Shown here piece after piece: positions 58,368 to 64,000 of a stretch of 64,000 nt of DNA (position 1 is its first letter; the number at the start of each line of letters is the position of its first letter). Under the pieces are notes generated by a model. The model saw only the letters and a program-made list of their open reading frames with translations. It was not told where the DNA came from and made no database searches. This stretch comes from an uncultured delta proteobacterium. Its GTDB lineage: Bacteria > Myxococcota_A > Polyangia > Haliangiales > Haliangiaceae. Location of the stretch: NCBI GenBank assembly GCA_963743525.1, contig CAVUQH010000004.1, positions 160,001 through 224,000 on the forward strand, given 5' to 3'. The position numbers were made by a program, and so were the translations under genes.

Positions 58368-60094
58368 TGCGACCTCCCCGGCGGCGGCAGCGGCGAGTCG
58401 AGGCCCCAGTCGCGCGCCTTGGGCTTGGGCGGCGGCTCGGGCTCGGGTGCCGCCGGCTTGCGCTGGACCGATACCGAGCTGTGCTTGCTCCGGTGGCCGG
58501 TGTGGCGGGCGCGAGCGCGGTCGTGGGTGTGCCGCTCCGGCTTCTCGCTCCTGGCCGCTGCCGGGGTCGCGGTGTGCTCGCCGGCGGTCGGCGCCTCGAC
58601 CTCGCGCTTGGCGGCCGGCGGCTCGACCTCGCGCTTGGCGGCCGGCGGCTCGACCTCTTGCCGTGGTGCGGGCTCGGCCGCCACCTGGGCTGGCGCGGGC
58701 GCAGCAGTCACCGGCGCGGCCGCCGCCGCGGCCGCCGCGTGTGGCGTCGCGTCACTGCTGGTCAACACGGTCGCCCCGCCGCGGGTGAAGAAGAAGACCG
58801 CAGTGGCGGCGATGGCAGCGCCGAACAGCGCGGCCGGCCAGTGACGCGAACGCTTCACCTCGTACGACTGCGATACCTCGGCCGCGGCGAGCGCCTCGGT
58901 TGACGAGCGCGAGACCGGGCGCGACACCACGGTGGGTTGCGGCGCCAGCGCCGACAGGTCCGGGCCTTCGACGTCGATCGCCAGATCGTCGTCGCTCTCC
59001 GCCGCCTCGATCTCGACCTCGAGGAAGTCGTCGTCATCTTCCTCGTCACCGAGGTCGTTGCCGGCGCCGCCGGCGATCAGCTCGAGCTTGACCTCGCCGG
59101 TGCGCGGCACCGCGCGAACCGCCGCCTCCTGCTCGCGCATCCGGTCGACGAAGGTCTCGCGCATGTAGCGGCCCAGCGACACCGCCGACAACCCGAGTCC
59201 GTGAGCGCGGGCGAACTCTTCCAGGTCAACCTGCATCTCCTGTGCGGTCGAGTAGCGCTTCTCGCGATCGCGCGCGAGGGCGCGCATGAGGATCTTCTCG
59301 AGCGCGGCGGGGTATTTGGGGAACGTCTTCGAGGGCGGCGCCACGTCCTCGTTGACGATCTTCATCATGATTTCGAACTCGCTCTCGCCCTTGAACAGCC
59401 GCCGGTGGGTGGTCATCTCGAACAGCAGGATGCCGAGGGCGAAGATGTCGCTGCGCCGATCGAGCGGTTTGCCGCGGCACTGCTCGGGCGACATGTACGA
59501 GACCTTGCCCTTGAGCGTGCCCGCCTGGGTCTTGCTCTGCCGCTGCGCCGCCTTGGCCACGCCGAAGTCGACCAGCTTGACGCCGCCGTCGTACGACACC
59601 AGCACGTTCGACGGCGACACGTCGCGGTGAACGATGCCGAGCGGCTCGCCGTCGATCGTGGTCTTCTCGTGGGCAGCGTGCAGACCGGCAGCCGCGCCGG
59701 CGATGATGGTCAGCACGTTGGCCAGCGGCACGCGCTTGCGCCCGGCGACCGCGGTCTTGAGGATCGTGCGCACGTCCTCACCGCGGATGTACTCCATGGT
59801 GAAGAAGTAGCTGTCCTCGAACTGGCCGATGTCGTAGACCTGCGCGATGTTGGGATGCTGAAGCGTCGCCGACAGCCGCGCCTCGTCGAGGAACATGGCC
59901 ACGAACTCGCGGCTGTTCGCGTACTGCGGCAGGATGCGCTTGAGCACCACCAGCTTCTCGAAGCCCTCGATGCCGGTGGCCCGTGCCAGGTAGATCTCGG
60001 CCATTCCGCCGACCGCGAGCCGATGGATCAGCTCGTAGCGCCCGATGCGAAGGCCCGGTGAAAGGTCTGCTCTACCCATCGCGTGCGTCAACAT
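58364..60094 (-). CDS. Transmembrane Ser/Thr protein kinase
   Basis: 'GGMAEIY', 'VVLKRI', 'HRDVSPSN', 'DFG', 'KGKVSYMSPEQ'; TM and Pro/Ala tail. Confidence 0.95.
   Translation of the reverse strand: MLTHAMGRADLSPGLRIGRYELIHRLAVGGMAEIYLARATGIEGFEKLVVLKRILPQYANSREFVAMFLDEARLSATLQHPNIAQVYDIGQFEDSYFFTMEYIRGEDVRTILKTAVAGRKRVPLANVLTIIAGAAAGLHAAHEKTTIDGEPLGIVHRDVSPSNVLVSYDGGVKLVDFGVAKAAQRQSKTQAGTLKGKVSYMSPEQCRGKPLDRRSDIFALGILLFEMTTHRRLFKGESEFEIMMKIVNEDVAPPSKTFPKYPAALEKILMRALARDREKRYSTAQEMQVDLEEFARAHGLGLSAVSLGRYMRETFVDRMREQEAAVRAVPRTGEVKLELIAGGAGNDLGDEEDDDDFLEVEIEAAESDDDLAIDVEGPDLSALAPQPTVVSRPVSRSSTEALAAAEVSQSYEVKRSRHWPAALFGAAIAATAVFFFTRGGATVLTSSDATPHAAAAAAAAPVTAAPAPAQVAAEPAPRQEVEPPAAKREVEPPAAKREVEAPTAGEHTATPAAARSEKPERHTHDRARARHTGHRSKHSSVSVQRKPAAPEPEPPPKPKARDWGLDSPLPPPGRSH
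58595..58657 (-). repeat. 27-bp coding tandem repeat (REVEPPAAK), about 2.3 copies
   Basis: CTCGACCTCGCGCTTGGCGGCCGGCGG repeated in the kinase tail. Confidence 0.85.
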
Positions 60095-60321
60095 TCATGA
60101 TCAACGTACGAACCACGGGCGAAACGATCAACAGCGGGGTCGAACGTCACGCATGCAACGTTTCTCGACTCGATCGTCAACGCCAGCTTCGCGACACCAA
60201 CGCACGACGTCGCTGCAGTAGGCAACGTGCGCGGAGGTAGTAGTCTCGTCGTTCAGCAAGAGACAGCCAGCTCACAATCGAGCCGATCGTTGATCGCGCG
60301 CCGTCGATCGCGTAACCGTGG

Positions 60322-61791
60322 ATGGTAGTGACGCGCGCAGGCACGTGGGGACTCGCCGTCGCGCTCGCCGCTCTCACGAGCGCGTGCGCCAGTCAGTCAG
60401 CCTTCCATTGCGAGAGCAGCGGCGAGTGCCAGGGCGCCGTCGCCGGGCGCTGCGAACCCAATGGTTACTGCAGCTTCCCCGACACTGGCTGCTCGTCGGG
60501 CTTCCGCTACGGCGAGGCGTCGGGCTCCCTCGGGGGAGTCTGCACGGGTGAGGAGGATCTGCCGGACGGCGGTGTCGGTGGCGGTGCCGACGCACCGGTG
60601 GGGAGCCCCGATGGCGGCGGTGGCGGCATCGACGGCTCGACGTCCAACCCGGACGCCGCCGTGTCGACACCCGACGCCGACGTCAACCAGCCGGACGCCG
60701 GGCCCATCATCGTCAACTTCACCCCGTCGAACATCCCCACCTCGCTGATGACCTCGGCGACCAACAGCCTGCGCCTGCAGGCGGCCGACGGCGAGGTCGA
60801 GATCAACACCGACACCGGCGCCATCACCCGCCTGTCCGACTTCGCCGACCTGCATCCGATCGGCGTCGGCTTCACCAAGGTCAACCAGAGCGGTGCGCCC
60901 GACATCGGCATCTTCTCGATGACCGCCCTCGACGTCGCCGACGGCGTGACCATCCGGGTCACGGGCACGGCGGCGCTGGCCTTCGCGGTCAAGGGCGACG
61001 TCAACCTGGCCGGCATCATCGACGCCCACGGCGGGCGCAGCGTCGCCAGCGACGGCGGTCCGGGTGGCTACGCCGGCGGCTCGTCGGGCGGGTGCGGCGG
61101 CAGCGGCCCGGGTGCGGGCGGCGCCGGGTCGTCGACTCAGGACGTTGGCGGCGGCGGTGGTGGCCACGTCAACAGCGGCGGCGGCGGCGGCTCGCGCGGC
61201 GGCCAGGCCGGCGCCAGCGGCGGCGCGTCGTACGGCTCGGCCCTGGTGCCGCTGATCGGCGGCTCGGGCGGCGGCTGCGGCGGCGGCGACACCCCACGCG
61301 CACGCGGCGGCGGCGGCGGCGGCGCGGTCCAGATCTCGGCCCGCGGCGTGATCACCATCTATGCCAGCGGCGCCATCGACACCGGTGGCGCCGGCGCCAG
61401 CGGCGGCATGTCCGACAACGGCGGCGGCGGCGGCGGATCGGGCGGCGGCATCTTGCTCGAGGGCGGACGCGTGGTCCTCCTCGGCGCGATCACCGCCAAC
61501 GGCGGCGGCGGCGGCGCCGGCGCCAAGGCCGGCGGCTCCGGCTCATCGGGCCAGGGCGGCAAGCGGTCCACCGCGCGCGCCAGCGGCGGCAGCGGCTCGG
61601 GCGTGGGCACGAGCGGAGGCGCCGGCGGTGCCGGCACGACCGGCGCCGGCGACGATGGCGTCAACGCCGCAGCCAGCGGCAACGGCGGCGGCGGTGGCGG
61701 TGCCGGCGGGCGCATCCACCTGCGCTCCGACGACATCCGCAACAACGGCACGCTGTCACCGATCGCCGGCCTGACCCAGTCAGCCTTGTGA
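60322..61791 (+). CDS. Gly-rich surface lipoprotein with an N-terminal Cys-rich domain
   Basis: Lipobox 'LTSAC', Cys-rich 'C...EC..GRCEPNGYC', 'L.GGSGGG..GGGGGGAVQI', 'GGGGSGG.ILLE'. Confidence 0.85.
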   Translation: MVVTRAGTWGLAVALAALTSACASQSAFHCESSGECQGAVAGRCEPNGYCSFPDTGCSSGFRYGEASGSLGGVCTGEEDLPDGGVGGGADAPVGSPDGGGGGIDGSTSNPDAAVSTPDADVNQPDAGPIIVNFTPSNIPTSLMTSATNSLRLQAADGEVEINTDTGAITRLSDFADLHPIGVGFTKVNQSGAPDIGIFSMTALDVADGVTIRVTGTAALAFAVKGDVNLAGIIDAHGGRSVASDGGPGGYAGGSSGGCGGSGPGAGGAGSSTQDVGGGGGGHVNSGGGGGSRGGQAGASGGASYGSALVPLIGGSGGGCGGGDTPRARGGGGGGAVQISARGVITIYASGAIDTGGAGASGGMSDNGGGGGGSGGGILLEGGRVVLLGAITANGGGGGAGAKAGGSGSSGQGGKRSTARASGGSGSGVGTSGGAGGAGTTGAGDDGVNAAASGNGGGGGGAGGRIHLRSDDIRNNGTLSPIAGLTQSAL

Positions 61792-61830
61792 GCCGAAGCC
61801 GGTGGAAGCTTTCGCGGATCATTTTTCTGC

Positions 61831-61859
61831 TTGACGCGTTCGATCGGCTCGCGTAGTTA
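61831..61859 (+). promoter_or_regulatory. sigma70-type promoter candidate for the RNA/slipin locus
   Basis: TTGACG (61831-61836), 17-nt spacer, TAGTTA (61854-61859). Confidence 0.65.
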
Positions 61860-61966
61860 ACGAATCCTTCGCTGCGGGCCGACCTCGCACGAACCGGCGC
61901 GCCATCGCGCGTCGCGGCACCGCCCCGCTGGCGGCTGGCCGCGAACGCGTCCGACCGGCGGGTCCC

Positions 61967-62075
61967 GGGAGGCCGGTGGCATCGAAGCCTGGGAATGAGG
62001 GTTCGACTCCCTCCTGCTGCACGTAGCGGCGGTGGCGGAACGGCAAACGCACTGGGCTTGCACATCCCAGCTCCC
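61967..62075 (+). ncRNA. Circularly permuted tRNA-like RNA, YrlA-type bacterial Y RNA candidate
   Basis: T arm GAGGG-TTCGACT-CCCTC (61997-62013); closed acceptor stem CTGCTGC/GCGGCGG with loop ACGTA (62014-62032); TG; D arm GCGGAACGGCAAACGC (62035-62050); AAGCCTGG (61985-61992) pairs with CTGGGCTT (62052-62059); terminal GGGAG/CTCCC. Confidence 0.75.
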
Positions 62076-62410
62076 AACGCCCCCTTACGGCGAAAAAACC
62101 TGTGCGGGCCGGAGGCGGCGTGATCCACGGCCGCGGCGCGATGCCGCGACCAACGCGGATCTGACCCGACCTCGCGCGCCAGCGAGCCTGCTTCTCGAGC
62201 CATCTCTTCGGCCAGCGCCCCGGCGCGCGCCGTCGCGACCGCCCCCGACGCCGTCTCGTCCGCCCGCGAGATCACGCCACGCTCCTCGTCACGACCGAGG
62301 ACGGCCCCGCGCCGACGCCGCGCCACGCGCACGGCAGACGCCGGAGCCCACCAGAGTCGGATTTCGTCGTCGCCGGCCGTCTTTGTTTCACCCCTGGAAA
62401 GGATCCAGTC

Positions 62411-63514
62411 ATGTTCACCACCACAATCCGCGTAGCCATTCACCAGCGTGCCGTACTGCTGCAGCACGGTGTGCCGATCCGTGCCCTCGAGCCGGGCAAG
62501 CACACTTTCTGGCGGGGCGGCCTGAGCACTCACCTGCTCGACACTCGTGAGCTGATCCTCGACGAGTCGGCCGAGATCCGCCGCGCGCTGCCGCAGGACT
62601 GGTTCGACGAGGTGCTGATCGGCCAGCGCCAGCGCGGTCTGCTGTACCGCGACGCGGTGCCGGTGCGCTACCTGCGCCCGGGTATCCACCGCTACTGGAA
62701 GGTCAACCCGACGGTCGAGCTGAACGTGTGGTCGATCGACGACCCGCTGCCGGCGCTGACCGACGCCCTGGTTGCGGTCATCCCGCGCAGCGAGCTGGTC
62801 AACGTGACCGTTCAGCAGCACCAGCGCGGCCTCAAGTACGAGCAGGGCAAGTTCGCCGGCGAGCTGCCGCCGGGCCGGCACCTGTTCTGGTCGCCGGCCG
62901 ATGCGCGGGTAACCGTGCAGCTCGTGGACGTGCGTCTGCAGCAGCTGACCATCAGCGGTCAGGAGCTGATGACTCGCGACAAGGTGACCCTGCGCCTGAC
63001 CCTGACCGTCGAGTACCAGCCGGCCGACGCGCCGACCGCGGTCCACGCGACCGCCAACCTGCAGGACGCCATCTACCTGATGGTGCAGCTGGCGTCGCGC
63101 GACTACGTCGCGGGTGTGACACTCGACGAGCTGCTCGAGGGCCGCGACGCCATGACTCGCTACCTGCACGAGGCGGTCGTACCGGGCGCGCACGACCTGG
63201 GCGTGAGCATCACGCGCGTCGGCGTCAAGGACGTGGTCCTGCCGGGCGAGATGAAGCTGCTGCTCAACCGCGTGATCGAGGCGGAGAAGGAGGCCGCGGC
63301 CAACGTCATCCGCCGGCGCGAGGAGGCGGCGGCGACCCGGTCGATGGCCAACACCGCCAAGGTCATCGCCGACAACCCGGTGCTCATGGAGCTGAAGAAG
63401 CTGGAGGCGCTGCAGGAGATCGCGGCGCGGATCGACGAGGTCCGCCTGATGATCGGCGCCGACGCCGCGGGCGAGCTGCTCCGCGGTCAGCTGCTGGGCA
63501 TCGACAAGAACTGA
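62411..63514 (+). CDS. Slipin family SPFH/band-7 domain protein
   Basis: RBS AAAGGA; three 'RGL....G....L.PG.H.FW' repeats, 'QELMTRDKV.LR', 'VKDVVLPGEMK.LLN.V.EAEK..AN.I.RREE.AATRS.ANTAK'. Confidence 0.92.
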   Translation: MFTTTIRVAIHQRAVLLQHGVPIRALEPGKHTFWRGGLSTHLLDTRELILDESAEIRRALPQDWFDEVLIGQRQRGLLYRDAVPVRYLRPGIHRYWKVNPTVELNVWSIDDPLPALTDALVAVIPRSELVNVTVQQHQRGLKYEQGKFAGELPPGRHLFWSPADARVTVQLVDVRLQQLTISGQELMTRDKVTLRLTLTVEYQPADAPTAVHATANLQDAIYLMVQLASRDYVAGVTLDELLEGRDAMTRYLHEAVVPGAHDLGVSITRVGVKDVVLPGEMKLLLNRVIEAEKEAAANVIRRREEAAATRSMANTAKVIADNPVLMELKKLEALQEIAARIDEVRLMIGADAAGELLRGQLLGIDKN

Positions 63515-63521
63515 GCGAGGT

Positions 63522-63557
63522 CCCCCGGCGCGTTTGCGCCGGGGGCTTCCTTTTTTT
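63522..63557 (+). terminator. Intrinsic terminator after the slipin gene
   Basis: CCCCCGGCGC-GTTT-GCGCCGGGGG (10-bp stem) followed by CTTCC and T7. Confidence 0.85.
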
Positions 63558-63582
63558 CGCAGCCGCGGCGTAGCATCGCGGC

Positions 63583-64000
63583 GTGCGAGCGATCGATCTG
63601 CAGACGCCGGCGTTGATTCTCGACCGGCAGCGGCTGGAGGCCAACTGCCGGCGGATGGCGGCGCGGGTGCGCGCGGCGGGGCTGGAGCTGCGGCCCCACC
63701 TCAAGACCGCGAAGTCGGATCGGGTGGCGGCGATCGCCACCGACGGCTTCGCCGGCGGCATCACGGTGTCGACCCTGGCCGAGGCCGACTACTTCCTCGA
63801 CCGCGGCTTCAGCCGACATGACCTACGCGGTCTGCATCGTGCCGGCCAAGCTCGACCGGGTGGCCGCGCTGCAGGCGCGCGGCGCGCGCATCGGGCTGGT
63901 CACCGACGACGTCGGGGTGGCGCGCGCCATCGCCGAGGCGGCGGCCGGCCACGACCATCCGCTGCGGGTCTTCATCGAGGTCAACTGCGGCGATGCGCGC
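63583..64000 (+). CDS. DSD1 / D-threonine aldolase-like PLP enzyme (alanine racemase fold); partial, frameshift at about 63812
   Basis: Not in the ORF track. My translation from GTG 63583: 'LQTPALILDRQRLEANC', 'LRPHLKTAKS', 'ITVSTLAEADYF', then shifted frame 'DMTYAV'. Confidence 0.85.
   Translation, partial: MRAIDLQTPALILDRQRLEANCRRMAARVRAAGLELRPHLKTAKSDRVAAIATDGFAGGITVSTLAEADYFLDRGFSRHDLRGLHRAGQARPGGRAAGARRAHRAGHRRRRGGARHRRGGGRPRPSAAGLHRGQLRRCA

Noticed and set aside
61050..61710. GGC runs as a non-coding VNTR
   Set aside because: They encode the Gly-rich domain of the 60322..61791 lipoprotein.
61997..62070. Canonical tRNA gene
   Set aside because: The T arm precedes the D arm, the acceptor stem is closed by a loop, there is no CCA end and no 7-nt anticodon loop.
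104..63821. Long overlapping or antisense ORFs in the track (e.g. 6356..8782 -, 30955..33450 -, 38432..40192 +, 41950..43491 +)
   Set aside because: Arg/Ala/Gly-rich shadow frames expected at this GC content, with no recognisable motifs, opposite or overlapping well-supported genes.

Overview
A very GC-rich, gene-dense bacterial window. Many Ser/Thr kinases, Cys-rich lipoproteins, a myxobacterial-type beta-barrel and sigma54 motifs suggest Myxococcota (inference). I see no rRNA, canonical tRNA, CRISPR array, IS element or prophage. Most notable: (1) a divergent locus at 3.9-11.8 kb with back-to-back sigma54-like promoters, pairing a NodC/hyaluronan-synthase-like GT2, WbqC, PIG-L and NodB deacetylases and a methyltransferase with an MFP-like, TolC-like and lipoprotein export arm, a candidate undescribed chitin/chitosan-type exopolysaccharide system; (2) a ~109-nt circularly permuted tRNA-like RNA (T arm, closed acceptor stem, D arm; YrlA-type Y RNA architecture) upstream of a slipin/SPFH gene, with no Ro60 gene in the window; (3) a six-gene overlapping operon around a non-flagellar MotA/MotB pair; (4) an operon with three radical SAM enzymes and a glycosyltransferase; (5) a radical SAM enzyme fused to a twin-Arg, Pro-rich tail with repeated Gly-centred motifs; (6) a c-type cytochrome/porin operon. 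Several genes carry single-base frameshifts or a premature stop, mostly at GTCGAC or GATC motifs. This pattern looks like methylation-linked long-read consensus error rather than real pseudogenisation. All family assignments come from motif recognition by eye; no searches were run.
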